A stretch of 64,000 nt of DNA from Myxococcota bacterium (GCA_040752415.1 JBFMGU010000009.1:18275-82274); one strand, 5' to 3'; shown: positions 1-10,855, counted from the stretch's first letter. Numbers and translations: made by a program. The notes: a model not told the origin generated them from the sequence alone.

Positions 1-482
1 GCCACCACCGTCCCAACCATGGACGCGCCAGCCGGCCGGACCGCGGGTGTCGTCGGAGCCGTCTCCCCGCGAGGCTGCACGAGCTCCGTGATGAGCCGCG
101 CCATGATGGTCTGTTCGGCCAGCTTGCGGGTCAGCTCGTCGATGAACTGGCCGTAGCTCGTCTCATCCAGCTTGAGATCGTCGGTGCCGCGGGCCTGTTG
201 CAGGCTTCGCAGCGACGCATAGCTGCGCAGGTGCGCCGTGCCCGCGCCCAGGTCAATGAAGCCACACACGAACGGACCATCCGTCCCCTCGACGGGGACC
301 AGGTGGATGGACTGACGGGCCTGCTTGCCTCCGTCGGTGCTCTCCACCTCCGGCGCCACGAACTTCACCTTGCGCGGCACCGCGCCCTGCACCACCGTCT
401 TCACGAAGTACTCGGAAAGCACGTCGGTGAGATTGAACGCGCGCTGCGCGAACACCGTCCTGGCGGGCCCTGGCGTCGTCAT
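1..482 (-). CDS. hypothetical protein (runs off the window edge; 3' end missing)
   Basis: Own translation from ATG at 482: MTTPGPARTVFAQRAFNLTDVLSEYFVKTVVQGAVPRKVKFVAPEVESTDGGKQARQSIHLVP..., open to position 1; divergent from the 626 operon; absent from ORF track because no stop is in the window. Confidence 0.65.
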   Translation of the reverse strand, partial: MTTPGPARTVFAQRAFNLTDVLSEYFVKTVVQGAVPRKVKFVAPEVESTDGGKQARQSIHLVPVEGTDGPFVCGFIDLGAGTAHLRSYASLRSLQQARGTDDLKLDETSYGQFIDELTRKLAEQTIMARLITELVQPRGETAPTTPAVRPAGASMVGTVV

Positions 483-625
483 CGGAGTCCCTTCCCTTCT
501 TCCCATTCGGATTTCGCGGCTGTGTAGCCCGATTCGGGTTCCGCCGTCACCTCACGCTCGGGCGCAACCTGTACCGTCGGACAACCCGCTTGCGCGACGG
601 CACGGTTCCGTGGAATGGCCCGCGC

Positions 626-1915
626 ATGGACCAGGGTCTGCTCCACTACCGCAACCGCGAGCTGTGGTGGGGAAAGCACGCGTTGGCGGAGGTGGTGGCA
701 GGTCGCGCCACGCCGTTCTTCCTCGTCCATGAAGGACGCCTGCGTGCCAACGTGCGCGCGCTGCGCCGCGGCCTCTCCGCCGCTGGTTCGTCGGTGGTGC
801 TGCGCTACTGCGTGAAGACGCACGCGGAACCCGCAGTGCTGGACGTGCTTGCGCGCGAGGACGTGGAGCTGCTGGTGGCGCACGCGCAGGAGGCCACCTT
901 GGCGCGCGAGTGTGGTTTCTCGTTGTCACGCATGGCCTACCAGCGACCCGTGCTGGAGACGGAGTTCCTGCGGACCGCGGTGCCGCAGGGCCTCATGCAG
1001 GTGCATCTCTCCCGGCCCGAGGACGTCGACACACTCGAGCAGGTGGAGACCCAAGCGCCCATCCCGGTGTCCTTTCGCATTCGCAACGAAGCGCCCGGCC
1101 CCTGGCTCCTGCTCACGCGCCGCCTGGGATTCTCCGACGACACCGCGCTGCGCACCGCCCGCTCCATGCTCCGCACCCAACGCCTGCGGCTGCGTGCGGT
1201 GAACCTCTACGCCGGCACGCAGCTCACCTCGGTCGAGCGGTTCCGCGCCGGCCTGGCCCGCTGCTTCCGCCTGGCGCGCAGGCTCGCGGACCTGGGCATC
1301 TCCGTCGAGGAAGTCAACGTGGGAGGCGGGATTCCCTCGCCCACGCTGGGACCGGCAAGCCCGCGGGCGCGGCTCCGTCGTGACGAGGGGGAGCAGCAGG
1401 ACCCGGTGGAGGCGCTGGAGCGCTTCTGCGCGCGGCTCGCGGAGGTGTTCGACGAGGAGCGCCGGCGTGCCGGGGTGGGCCCGGTGACCCTGGCCGCGGA
1501 GCCCGGTCGTTCCGTGGTGGGGAACGCGGTGGTCATGGTGACGACGGTGCAAGCGGTGCAAGACCGCTGGGCCTTCCTGGACGCAAGCCGCAACCACCTC
1601 GGTGAGTCGCCGCTGGCATGGACGCGCATGATCCTCCCGCTGCGCGCCCGTCGCGAAAGCGCGCTGATGAACCTGAGCGGTCCCACGCTCAACACCATGG
1701 ACTTCCTGGACCTGGTGAGACGCGTGCCGCAACTGGAGCCGGGAGACCTGGTGGCCCTCCACGACGCTGGCGCGTATTCCATCTCCCGCGCGCCACGCTA
1801 CGCGGGCCTCAACCCGGCCATCCACGTGCTGCGTGACGACGGAACGGTGGCGCTCGCACGTCGCGCGGAGGACTACCGCGACCTGACGTCGGCCATGGTG
1901 CGCTTCCATGGGTGA
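626..1915 (+). CDS. fold-type III PLP-dependent enzyme, diaminopimelate/ornithine decarboxylase family (divergent)
   Basis: TPFFL, YCVKT (PLP Lys), NVGGG, EPGRSVVG, DAGAYS motifs; ATG 626 in frame with track ORF 590..1915. Confidence 0.85.
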   Translation: MDQGLLHYRNRELWWGKHALAEVVAGRATPFFLVHEGRLRANVRALRRGLSAAGSSVVLRYCVKTHAEPAVLDVLAREDVELLVAHAQEATLARECGFSLSRMAYQRPVLETEFLRTAVPQGLMQVHLSRPEDVDTLEQVETQAPIPVSFRIRNEAPGPWLLLTRRLGFSDDTALRTARSMLRTQRLRLRAVNLYAGTQLTSVERFRAGLARCFRLARRLADLGISVEEVNVGGGIPSPTLGPASPRARLRRDEGEQQDPVEALERFCARLAEVFDEERRRAGVGPVTLAAEPGRSVVGNAVVMVTTVQAVQDRWAFLDASRNHLGESPLAWTRMILPLRARRESALMNLSGPTLNTMDFLDLVRRVPQLEPGDLVALHDAGAYSISRAPRYAGLNPAIHVLRDDGTVALARRAEDYRDLTSAMVRFHG

Positions 1916-2840
1916 GCGGGCGGTGGTCGTCGGCGCCACGGGCTTCCTGGGCAGCCACCTGGTGCGGGCGCTCGTCGAGCAGCGGCGGGAGGTCCTGGCC
2001 GTGTGTCGCAACCCCAACGGCGCCCGTACCGTGCTTCCAACACCGGTGACCTTTGCGCAGGCCACCCTCCCGCATGCGCCGTGGGAGCGCATCTTCTCCC
2101 CGGGGGACACCGTGTTCCTCCTCGCCGCAACGCGCAACGCGCCGGGTCACAACCTGCACGACTACGTGGCGGTCAACGTGGACGGCGTGGAGCAACTGGT
2201 GCAGGCCGCCCGTCGTGCGGGCGTGCGGAGGGTGGTGCAGGTGAGCACGGCCCTGGCGCTGGATGACACGGCCGGTGCGTGGAGCGTGTATGTGCGCACG
2301 CGTCGCGAAGGACTGGACCGGGTGGAGGCGGTGGCCCGGGACGGGCTTGACGTCGTCAGTGTGCTGCCCGCGCTGGTCTACGGACCGGATCACGCACTGC
2401 ACCGCAACCGGATCACCAACCAGGTGCGCGCGCTGCTGCGGAACCGCGTGGCCTGGACGCTCGGCCGTGGCGACGCGAAACGATCACTCGTCTACGTGCG
2501 GGACGTGGTGCAGGCGCTGCTGCTGGCCGAGGGTGTCGTCGGGTGCACGCGACTGGTGGTGGCCGGAGAGGAGCTGAGCCACGCGGAGTTCAACCGGCGT
2601 GTGCTGGCGTTGGCTGGCCAGGTGGCCAGGGTCCAGATCCCGCTGCCCCGACGGGGGGCGATGCTGGCGGCGCGCCTGGTGGATGGAGCGCTGGGAAATC
2701 ACCCCGGAGCAGGCTATGTGGCCGCGCTGCGAACGCTAAGCGCAAGCTGGCGGTTCCAGACCACCACCGGGCTTGGTCTCCCGACCACGCCGTTCGACAC
2801 CGGGGCCCGGGAAACCCTGGCGTTCCTGGGACGAGAGTGA
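1908..2840 (+). CDS. NAD-dependent epimerase/dehydratase (extended SDR)
   Basis: VVGATGFLG Rossmann motif, VNVDG, VYGP, VYVRDVV; overlaps upstream gene by 8 nt. Confidence 0.85.
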   Translation: MGERAVVVGATGFLGSHLVRALVEQRREVLAVCRNPNGARTVLPTPVTFAQATLPHAPWERIFSPGDTVFLLAATRNAPGHNLHDYVAVNVDGVEQLVQAARRAGVRRVVQVSTALALDDTAGAWSVYVRTRREGLDRVEAVARDGLDVVSVLPALVYGPDHALHRNRITNQVRALLRNRVAWTLGRGDAKRSLVYVRDVVQALLLAEGVVGCTRLVVAGEELSHAEFNRRVLALAGQVARVQIPLPRRGAMLAARLVDGALGNHPGAGYVAALRTLSASWRFQTTTGLGLPTTPFDTGARETLAFLGRE

Positions 2841-3635
2841 ATGATGGGCGCGAGCATGGACGACGACACCCGGCGCAGGCAGCGCGCGTTGTGGGACCGC
2901 ACCGCGGCGTCGTTGCCGGACCTCTACGGCGCGCCCACCACGCAGTACTACCGACGTGCGGAGATCGCCTTGTTCCAGCGCGCCTTCGGCGACCTGGCGG
3001 GCAAGCGGCTCCTCAAGCTGGACCTCTGGAACGAAGCGATCAACACGCGCATCCTGCACTGGGCCCAGGAGCGTGGATGTCACGTCACGGGCATGGACCT
3101 GAGCGGCGTGGTGGCGCGTCGGGCGCGGGAGAATGGACGGCACCTCCCGCTGGTGCAGGCGGACATCCGCGACCTGCCCTTCCAGACCGGCAGCTTCGAC
3201 CTCGTCTACACCATGGGCACCATCGAGCACATCGACGAGTACCAGCGCGCCGTGAGCGAGGTGCACCGCGTGCTCAAGGTGGGCGGCCGCGCCATCATTG
3301 GCGTCCCGCACAAGTGGGACCTCTACCTGCGCCCGCTGTGCGTGCAGGTGCTGGAGAGCATGGGCCAGTACCTGTACTCCCCGGAGAAGTCGTTCAGCAC
3401 TTCCGAGCTGCGTCACACCGTCGAGAACAGCGGCTTGCGCGTGGTGCAGCGCACGGGCCTGTTGTCCATGCCGTGGTTCCTGCGCATGGCGGACCTGTTC
3501 TTCTACAGCCGCAACATCCCGCTGTGGCGCCTCTCTCCGCTCCTCACCAAGCCCTTTGAGGTGATGGAGTCCGCCGCGGAGTGGCCCGCCGCCTTCCGCT
3601 ACCTGGTGGCGGTGGTGGCGGAGAAGCGGGCGTGA
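2841..3635 (+). CDS. class I SAM-dependent methyltransferase
   Basis: VTGMDLS, QADIRDLPFQTGSFDLVY, IEHI, HRVLKVGG; abuts upstream stop. Confidence 0.85.
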   Translation: MMGASMDDDTRRRQRALWDRTAASLPDLYGAPTTQYYRRAEIALFQRAFGDLAGKRLLKLDLWNEAINTRILHWAQERGCHVTGMDLSGVVARRARENGRHLPLVQADIRDLPFQTGSFDLVYTMGTIEHIDEYQRAVSEVHRVLKVGGRAIIGVPHKWDLYLRPLCVQVLESMGQYLYSPEKSFSTSELRHTVENSGLRVVQRTGLLSMPWFLRMADLFFYSRNIPLWRLSPLLTKPFEVMESAAEWPAAFRYLVAVVAEKRA

Positions 3636-5551
3636 TCACCGCGCTTTCCGAGGTCACGCGCGGACGTTTCCTGGCCACGGTGGGCGCGCTGCTCCTCGTC
3701 CTCAACTTTGGTCTCTTCTTCAACGGGCTGCAGAACGGCTTCACCTTCGACGACGAATTCGTCATCGTGAAGAGCCCCTACACGCAGGACCTCTCGCGTG
3801 TCGTGGACATCTTCACCGCTCCCAACTGGACGGGTGACCGCAAGGTCAAGAACACCTACCGGCCACTGACGGTGGTGAGCTTTGCCGCCAACGCTGCGGT
3901 TCTGCCCGGCGCTCCGCCCATGCGCGTGGTGAACGTGGGGCTTCACGCGCTCACGTGCCTGCTGGTGTTGGTCCTGGCCTGGCAGCTCCTGGGTCGGAAG
4001 GACATTGCCCTGGCCACCGCGCTGCTCTTCTCCGCGCACCCGTTGCACGTCGAGGATGTCACCTCGCTGGTGGGGCGCGCGGAGGTGATGAGCACGTTGT
4101 TCTCCCTGCTGGCCTGCGTCCTGTTCCTGGAGTCCGTTCGCAACGCCAGGCATGCTCACGGCACCACGCTGCGCGTCGTGGCGGCGGGGGCGTATCTGCT
4201 GGGAATGCTCAGCAAGGAGTCCGCGATTCCCACGGTGGCGCTGCTGGGCATCCTGTACCTGCACGCACTGCAAAACCGTCCCGGGGGCCTTCGCTCGTCG
4301 ACACCGCGGGAGCACGTGGCGAATGCCGTTCCATTCCTGCTGGCGTTCTCCGTCTACTTCCTCGCCCGCCACAACGCGATGGGCGTTTTCATCTCCACGC
4401 ACCTCCACGCCACCACGCGCCTGGACAACCCTCTCTTCCACGTCTCCTTCCTCGAGCGCGAGCTCACCGCGCTGTCGGTGTTCGGACGTTACCTCACGTT
4501 GTTCGTGTTCCCGGCGCGCTTGTCGGCGGACTACTCGTATGACGCGATTCCCGTGGTCACCACGCCGTGGACGTTGGAGGTGCTTCTGCCCACGGCGCTG
4601 TTGGTTGGTGCATTGGGGTGGTTGCTCGCGTCGCTGTGGCGCAAGAGCGTGGTGGGAGTGGTGCTCTCGTTGTGGCTGGTTCCCTACGCGTTGTTCTCCA
4701 ACCTCCTGCTCCTGGTTGGCACCATCATGGCGGATCGCCTGATGTACATGCCTTCCGTCGGGCTGTGCCTGCTTGTGAGCATCCTGCTGCTGGACCCGTC
4801 GCGCCTGCGTGCCTCCCTGCCCTTCCGCCTGCCGACGTGGCACCAACAGGCGGCGTGGACTGTCGTCGTTGCCGCAACGCTGGCGTTGGGGGCCCGCACG
4901 GTGGCGCGGAACCGCGACTGGAAGGATGACTTCACGCTGTTCAGCAGCGCGCTGGAGGTGGTTCCGGGCAGCGCCAAGGTGCGTTTCAACCTGGCACTCG
5001 CCCATGCGCGTCGGGGAGAGGATGCCCAGGCCCTGCAACACGCGGAACGTGCGCTCGCGCTGCTGTCGGACTATCCCGACGCGCGAATCCTCGTCGGCAA
5101 TCTCTATCAACGCACCGGACAGGCGCAGAAGGCGGCGGAGGTCTTCCAGGACGGCCAGGTGCCGACGTCGGGCGAGAAGGCCCGGCTCACCCAGGCAGGG
5201 CTGCTGCAGGCGCAACAGAAGTGGGAGGAGCTTCTGGCGTTGAGCCAGGAAGGGCTGCGTCGCAACGCCAACGACGTGAACATGCTCGGATACCAGGCCA
5301 CCGCGCTCTACGGGCTCAAGCGCTACCGGGAGGTGGAGCCGGTGTTGCTGAAGGCGGCTTCCCTCACCCCGGAGCGTCCCATCTTCCACCAGCACCTCGG
5401 TGTGCTCTACGCGGAGCAGCTGGGGGACCTGGGACGCGCGTTGCAGCACCTGCGCAAGGCCGTGGAGCTGGAGCGCCGTCCCGACGAGGTGGCGAAGCTG
5501 CGGACGATGATCACGAAGGTGGAGGCGGCGCACGCGGGTGGTGGGCACTGA
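3632..5551 (+). CDS. TMTC-like GT-C membrane glycosyltransferase with C-terminal TPR repeats
   Basis: FTFDD, YRPL, HPLHVEDVT..VGRAE, LSKE, DNPL, LSADYS, ADRLMYMP, RNRDW motifs, many TM segments, then TPRs; GTGA overlap with upstream gene. Confidence 0.85.
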   Translation: MITALSEVTRGRFLATVGALLLVLNFGLFFNGLQNGFTFDDEFVIVKSPYTQDLSRVVDIFTAPNWTGDRKVKNTYRPLTVVSFAANAAVLPGAPPMRVVNVGLHALTCLLVLVLAWQLLGRKDIALATALLFSAHPLHVEDVTSLVGRAEVMSTLFSLLACVLFLESVRNARHAHGTTLRVVAAGAYLLGMLSKESAIPTVALLGILYLHALQNRPGGLRSSTPREHVANAVPFLLAFSVYFLARHNAMGVFISTHLHATTRLDNPLFHVSFLERELTALSVFGRYLTLFVFPARLSADYSYDAIPVVTTPWTLEVLLPTALLVGALGWLLASLWRKSVVGVVLSLWLVPYALFSNLLLLVGTIMADRLMYMPSVGLCLLVSILLLDPSRLRASLPFRLPTWHQQAAWTVVVAATLALGARTVARNRDWKDDFTLFSSALEVVPGSAKVRFNLALAHARRGEDAQALQHAERALALLSDYPDARILVGNLYQRTGQAQKAAEVFQDGQVPTSGEKARLTQAGLLQAQQKWEELLALSQEGLRRNANDVNMLGYQATALYGLKRYREVEPVLLKAASLTPERPIFHQHLGVLYAEQLGDLGRALQHLRKAVELERRPDEVAKLRTMITKVEAAHAGGGH

Positions 5552-5656
5552 TGCAGCATCGCGTTTCACGACGTGCGTGAGCCCTGGTTCCCGGACCCTT
5601 GCCAGCCACAGGCCGTTGGCGCGACATCCGTGGTCTTCGGTGACATCCTGCCGGTC

Positions 5657-6601
5657 ATGCGCTGGGAAGAAGAGATTGAACAGGGCATGCGCGTGGCCCG
5701 CCGGCTCGAGCGAACCGGCGCCTTCCAACCACTGTCGCAGGACGCACACGACACGCATGTCTTTCAGTGTCACGACGTTGCCAGCCTGGTGGAGCACCGC
5801 CTGGGTGAGGTGGTGGATCCCTACGCCTGCGACGAGCAGCGCGCCGCGGAATGGCTGGGCAAGGCCAGCGTGACGGGCGAGGTGGGCAGTCCGCACTCCG
5901 AGTACCAGCGTCCATTCTGGCTGATGCACGACGGTGAGCGCGCAGGGACCGTGGCCGTGGCCACCGCCACGCTGGGCGGCACCACGCTGCGGGTCTCCAG
6001 CCTCTTCATCCTTCCCCGCTGGCGCCGTCGGGGAATTGCGCGGCGCGCGTTGCAGGCCATCAACCAGGCCGCACTCGCCGAGGGACTGCACGGAATCCGA
6101 TTGAGCACCGAGTGGTGCTGGACGCCAACGGTGCGCTTCTACCTGGACATTGCCATGTGGATCTGGGGCTGGAAGCGAAACCTGGACTTCATCTGGCGCA
6201 CCGACCTTCCAACGTGGCGCATGGAGCTGCAGGGTGATGACGCACGATTCCTGGTGACGCGTGGTGACGTCGAGGAGACCCTCATCGAGGCGCGTCGTGT
6301 CGGAGACCGGCTCCTATGGCGGGAGGCCGCGTCCCCCACCGAAGGCGACGATCACGACGAAGTGCGCTTCCTGGCACCGGGTACGCTCGCCACCGCGCTG
6401 GCCGTTCACGGGTGGCCGCTCCTCCGCAGCGACGCGGAATGGCAGGAGCAACTCGCGCGCGGGTGGTCGGACATGGGTGGGCCCGAGGGGCTCGCCTTCA
6501 AGATCCGTCTGTTCGAGGCGTGGAGCCGGAAGCACGGCTGGCGGGTGGAGGCACCGCGGATTCCGGGGCTGGACTACCCCGAGTGGGACGCGTTGGAGTG
6601 A
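5657..6601 (+). CDS. GNAT-family N-acetyltransferase
   Basis: LFILPRWRRRGIARRAL acetyl-CoA motif, VRFYL; start uncertain (5573 or 5657). Confidence 0.7.
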   Translation: MRWEEEIEQGMRVARRLERTGAFQPLSQDAHDTHVFQCHDVASLVEHRLGEVVDPYACDEQRAAEWLGKASVTGEVGSPHSEYQRPFWLMHDGERAGTVAVATATLGGTTLRVSSLFILPRWRRRGIARRALQAINQAALAEGLHGIRLSTEWCWTPTVRFYLDIAMWIWGWKRNLDFIWRTDLPTWRMELQGDDARFLVTRGDVEETLIEARRVGDRLLWREAASPTEGDDHDEVRFLAPGTLATALAVHGWPLLRSDAEWQEQLARGWSDMGGPEGLAFKIRLFEAWSRKHGWRVEAPRIPGLDYPEWDALE

Positions 6602-6694
6602 ACGACGAAGGTGGGATGGCGGCGGGCGTGGGGTCACGAAGCGGGTGACCGTGCTGCCATGTCCACGCCCGTTTAGCCAGAGGCGAAGCGGAGA

Positions 6695-8506
6695 CTAAGC
6701 GCGTTCCTGCGCCAGCTCCCACTTCTCCGGGGAGCGCCACAGGCGTCCCTTGAGCAGCTCACGCTCGTAGATGAACTCCTTGGGGAGCCGGTCAAAGAAC
6801 TTGTCGAAGTGCTCCTCGTGCTCCTTGACCTCGGCCTTGCCGGCCTCCCGGTCAATGGCCATGAGCTCGTAGAACTTCTTCGTGTCGAAGGTCAGGCCCT
6901 TCCACTCGATGTCCTCGTGACGCGGCATCCAGCCAAACGGGCTCTCCACGCCGTAACCGCGGCCATTCACGCGCTCCACAATCCACTTCAGCACGCGCAT
7001 GTTCTCGCCGTAGCCCGGCCACATGAACTTGCCGTTCTCGTCCTTGCGGAACCAGTTGACGCGGAAGATGCGCGGCGGGTTGGAGAGCTTGCGACCGACG
7101 TTGAGCCAGTGCGTGAAGTAGTCGGCCATGTTGTAGCCACAGAAGGGCAGCATGGCCATGGGGTCCCGACGCATGGCCGCCTGGCCCACCGCCGCCGCCG
7201 TGGCCTCGGAGCCCATGGTGGCCGCCAGGTACACGCCGTGCGCCCAGTTGAACGACTGGAACACCAGCGGCATGTTCTTGGACACGCGACCACCGAAGAT
7301 GAACGCGCTGATGGGCACGCCGCTGGGGTTCTCCCACTGCGGGTCCACGCTGGGGCACTGGCTCACCGGCGCGGTGAAGCGCGCGTTGGGATGCGCCGCG
7401 GGCTCCTTGGACTCCGGCGTCCAGTCGCGGCCCTTCCAGTCGATGAGGTGCGCGGGCGCTTCCTCCGTCATGCCCTCCCACCACACGTCACCGTCGTCGG
7501 TGAGGGCCACGTTGGTGAAGATGCAGTTGGCGTGCAGCGTGGCAATGGCGTTGGGGTTGGTCTTGGCGCCCGTACCCGGTGCCACGCCAAAGAAGCCGGC
7601 CTCGGGGTTGATGGCGTAGAGCCGCCCGTCGGCGCCCGGCTTGATCCAGGCAATGTCGTCGCCCACCGTCCAGATCTTCCAGCCCTCGAAGCCCTTGGGC
7701 GGGACCATCATGGCAAAGTTGGTCTTGCCGCACGCCGAGGGGAACGCCGCCGCCACGTAGGTCTTCTCACCCGCGGGGTTCTGCACGCCCACAATCAGCA
7801 TGTGCTCCGCCAGCCAGCCCTGGTCGCGCGCCATCACCGAGGCAATGCGCAGCGCAAAGCACTTCTTGCCCAGCAGCGCGTTGCCGCCGTAGCCCGAGCC
7901 AAAGGACCAGATGGTGCGCTCGTCGGGGAAGTGGCTGATGTAGATGTTCTCCGGGTTGCACGGCCACGCCACGTCCTTCTCGCCGGGCGCCAGCGGACGA
8001 CCCACGGAATGCAGACACGGAACGAACTCACCGTGCCCCAGCGTCTCCAGCACCTTCTGCCCCATGCGGGTCATGATGCGCATGTTGGCCACGGCGTACG
8101 GGCTGTCCGTGAGCTGCACGCCAATGTGCGCAATGTGCGAGCCGATGGGGCCCATGCTGAAGGGGACCACGTACATGGTGCGGCCGCGCATGCACCCGTC
8201 GTAGAGGCGGGTCATGGTCTCCTTCATCTCGTCGGGGTCGGCCCAGTTGTTGGTGGGGCCGGCGTCGGCCTTGCTCTTGGAGCAGATGAACGTGCGGTGC
8301 TCCACGCGCGCCACGTCGCGGGGATCGGAGCGGCACAGGTAGCTGTTGGGCCGCTTCTTGAGCCGGATGAACGTGCCGCTCTCGACCATCATCTGGCACA
8401 GCGAGTCGTATTCCTCCTGCGAGCCGTCGCACCAGTGGATGCGCTCCGGCTTGCACAGGCGGGCCATGTCGTCGACCCAGGCCAGCAGCTTGGGATTGGT
8501 GGTCAT
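6695..8506 (-). CDS. pckG: phosphoenolpyruvate carboxykinase (GTP)
   Basis: [64 protein letters not shown]; start MTTNPKLL at 8506. Confidence 0.97.
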   Translation of the reverse strand: MTTNPKLLAWVDDMARLCKPERIHWCDGSQEEYDSLCQMMVESGTFIRLKKRPNSYLCRSDPRDVARVEHRTFICSKSKADAGPTNNWADPDEMKETMTRLYDGCMRGRTMYVVPFSMGPIGSHIAHIGVQLTDSPYAVANMRIMTRMGQKVLETLGHGEFVPCLHSVGRPLAPGEKDVAWPCNPENIYISHFPDERTIWSFGSGYGGNALLGKKCFALRIASVMARDQGWLAEHMLIVGVQNPAGEKTYVAAAFPSACGKTNFAMMVPPKGFEGWKIWTVGDDIAWIKPGADGRLYAINPEAGFFGVAPGTGAKTNPNAIATLHANCIFTNVALTDDGDVWWEGMTEEAPAHLIDWKGRDWTPESKEPAAHPNARFTAPVSQCPSVDPQWENPSGVPISAFIFGGRVSKNMPLVFQSFNWAHGVYLAATMGSEATAAAVGQAAMRRDPMAMLPFCGYNMADYFTHWLNVGRKLSNPPRIFRVNWFRKDENGKFMWPGYGENMRVLKWIVERVNGRGYGVESPFGWMPRHEDIEWKGLTFDTKKFYELMAIDREAGKAEVKEHEEHFDKFFDRLPKEFIYERELLKGRLWRSPEKWELAQERA

Positions 8507-8928
8507 ACCGCCAGCGTGTCTGCTCATTGGAACTGCTCCTGCGAATTCGTCCCGGAGACGCCGCGTGGAGGGAGGAGCCACGACGGGCGGAACGCGGTGT
8601 CCGCGCGCCGGGAGGGGAAATTTCTGCGCCCCAGTACCGAGGCCAGTGATGGCAGTCAAGGGTGCCCACGGAGTGCCGAAACCGCATGCATTTCGCGCCG
8701 TGTCACGACGGCAAACTGCGTTGCGCGTTACGCACCTGCGGTGCATTCCCGCGTGGGTTGAAGACCCCGGCGCCCGGACAGCGACGAGGATGCTTGCAGT
8801 GACCGCGCTCATGCCACAGCTTGCGTCAGCGTTCGCGCGCACCACCGGCCGGAGCGGTGCGAACGGATGTATCCACCGCGGCGATGGGATTCCACGGGTT
8901 GGTGGTGTTGGGGTAGCCCTTCCGTCGC

Positions 8929-9600
8929 ATGTCCCGTGTTGATCCCCCGCGCCTGGGTCCGGATGCCGCCCCCTGGGTCCACCTGCCCGGCCACGTTGCC
9001 CACGACGAGCTTGAGCGCCTGTCCGCCGGCGTGGCGAGGTGCATGGGCCTGTTCCGCACCACCGGCGGCCGGAGCAGTCTGGGCCCGCGTTACGGCGTCA
9101 TCCCCGCCAACGTGATCGCGCGGCAGCTTCCCGAGGTGACGCGCTTTGGCCACGACGTGGTGCAGCCGTTGCTGGAGCGAGTGTGCGGCGAGCGGGTCAG
9201 GCCGCTGCGCAGTGAGCGGCGCGCGGTGCGGGTGCAATGCTACGAGGGCCGGGACGCGGGATTCCGCTGGCACCGCGACGGGCACACCTACGTGGCGCTG
9301 GTGACGTTGGAGAATGACAACCGCGGCGAGACGCAGATCCTCTCGCGGGCGTGGAGCCGTCGTCTCAAGTACGCGCTGTACGCCGCCTATCCGCTCCCCG
9401 GCCTGTTCTCGCTGTTGCCGCGCCAGTCGGTCACCATGGCTCCCGGGGACGTGCTCCTGATGCGCGGTCGCGAGGTGATCCACCGCGGCGTGACCCTGTC
9501 TCCCGACGGAAAACGGGTGCTGCTGGCCTATTGCTTTGACGAGTGGTGGCGCGAACCGCGCCTCATCAGCGAGCTGGTGGCGAGCGTGATCAACTACTGA
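8929..9600 (+). CDS. 2OG-Fe(II) oxygenase superfamily protein
   Basis: WHRD (HxD), distal His in EVIHRG, C-terminal Arg in [15 protein letters not shown] strand. Confidence 0.7.
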   Translation: MSRVDPPRLGPDAAPWVHLPGHVAHDELERLSAGVARCMGLFRTTGGRSSLGPRYGVIPANVIARQLPEVTRFGHDVVQPLLERVCGERVRPLRSERRAVRVQCYEGRDAGFRWHRDGHTYVALVTLENDNRGETQILSRAWSRRLKYALYAAYPLPGLFSLLPRQSVTMAPGDVLLMRGREVIHRGVTLSPDGKRVLLAYCFDEWWREPRLISELVASVINY

Positions 9601-9787
9601 CGCAAGCTGCGCCACTCCACGGTGCTGCGCGTCATGCACAACGAGCGTCACCTCGCGCTGTGCCCAAAGGGGCTGCGCCAGAGCAAGGAGCCGAGCGGGC
9701 CTGCAGACGTCGTGACCGGGCCGCAGTGCCCACTTTCCGACGAGAAAGTACCCCAGACCAATGTGTGGCCCCGAGCGCAACGGCCTG

Positions 9788-10164
9788 AACGTGGGGGTTA
9801 GGGGCTGCGTCTAAACAAGTTGCCCATTCCGTCGTGGCCGGCGAACACCTAACCCCCCACGTTTGTCCCGCTGCGCTCGCTCGCCCCCCTTCCCCACACC
9901 CGCTCACCATCGTCAACCATTGCGGGGAAGGGGGGCACGCATCGGCATTGGCATTGGCATTGGCATTGGGACTTTTTCTCGTCAGAAAGAGGGCAGCTGC
10001 GCCCATCAGTTGCCCCCCTTCCCCGGCTCGGTGACGACGGAAACCTGGGACTGGGGAAGGGGGGCGAGTGAGCGCAACGGCATGAACGTGGGGGGTTAGG
10101 TGTTCGCCCGCCTCGCCGACCTGGGCAGATTGTTCTGCCGCAGCCAGACGCAGCCCCTAACCCC
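9788..10164. repeat. composite palindromic element: two inverted ~150-bp copies, each with two hairpins, around a spacer with (GGCATT)4
   Basis: ~9794-9936 matches the reverse complement of ~10012-10164; internal arms AACGTGGGGGTTAGG/CCTAACCCCCCACGTT and GCCCCCCTTCCCC/GGGGAAGGGGGGC; GGCATT x4 at 9944-9967. Confidence 0.85.
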
Positions 10165-10855
10165 GACGAGACCGCGCTCCTCCCGTCCCGCGCAGGTAGT
10201 ACTCGCAGTCGCGCGCCAGCGCGCAGAGGTCGCACAGGGGCAGCGGAGCGCGACACACCTGCCGCCCGTGACGGACGAGGTTCACGTGGACCGCGTAGGT
10301 CCGCTCCTTCGGCACCAGCCGCGCCAGCTCCCGGTGAGCGTCCTCCGCGCTCATGCGCTCGTCGATGAGGCCCAACCGACGGGTGACGCGGTGCACGTGC
10401 GTGTCCACCGGAAACGCCGGCATCCCCAGCGAGAAGAGCAGCACGCACGCCGCCGTCTTGGGTCCCACGCCGGGCAGGCCCTGCAGCCACGCCATGGCCT
10501 CCGAAACCGGCAGGTCCGCCAGGAAGTCCAGGTCCATGCGTCCACGACGGGCGCGAACCTCCCTCAGCACGGCCTGGATGCGCGGCGCCTTGATGTTGGC
10601 CAGGCCCGCGGTGCGGATGGCAGCCACCACCTGGACGGAGCGTGCATCCGCCACCCGGTCCCAGTCGTCGCCGAAGCGATCACGAAGCTGCGCGAAGGCG
10701 CGGGTGGAGTTCCGGTCGGAGGTGTGCTGTGAGAGGATGGTGAGCACCAGCTCGCTCACGGGGTCCAGGACCTCGTGGGGCTCGGGCTCGCCGTAGGTCT
10801 CGCGGAGCACACGGTCCACGCGCAGCAGCTTTTGTCGACGTCCCGCCAGGCTCAT
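10157..10855 (-). CDS. nth: endonuclease III-family HhH-GPD DNA glycosylase with 4Fe-4S cluster
   Basis: ILSQHTSD, LPGVGPKTA (HhH), PVDTHVHRV, CRAPLPLCDLCALARDC. Confidence 0.85.
   Translation of the reverse strand: MSLAGRRQKLLRVDRVLRETYGEPEPHEVLDPVSELVLTILSQHTSDRNSTRAFAQLRDRFGDDWDRVADARSVQVVAAIRTAGLANIKAPRIQAVLREVRARRGRMDLDFLADLPVSEAMAWLQGLPGVGPKTAACVLLFSLGMPAFPVDTHVHRVTRRLGLIDERMSAEDAHRELARLVPKERTYAVHVNLVRHGRQVCRAPLPLCDLCALARDCEYYLRGTGGARSRRG

Noticed and set aside
626..1915. Assigning the symbol lysA
   Set aside because: Key DAP decarboxylase motifs (HxGSQ, CESGD, KFG) are substituted
8929..9600. BesD-like halogenase
   Set aside because: Retains HxD; halogenases have HxG/A at this position, so a hydroxylase-type enzyme is more likely
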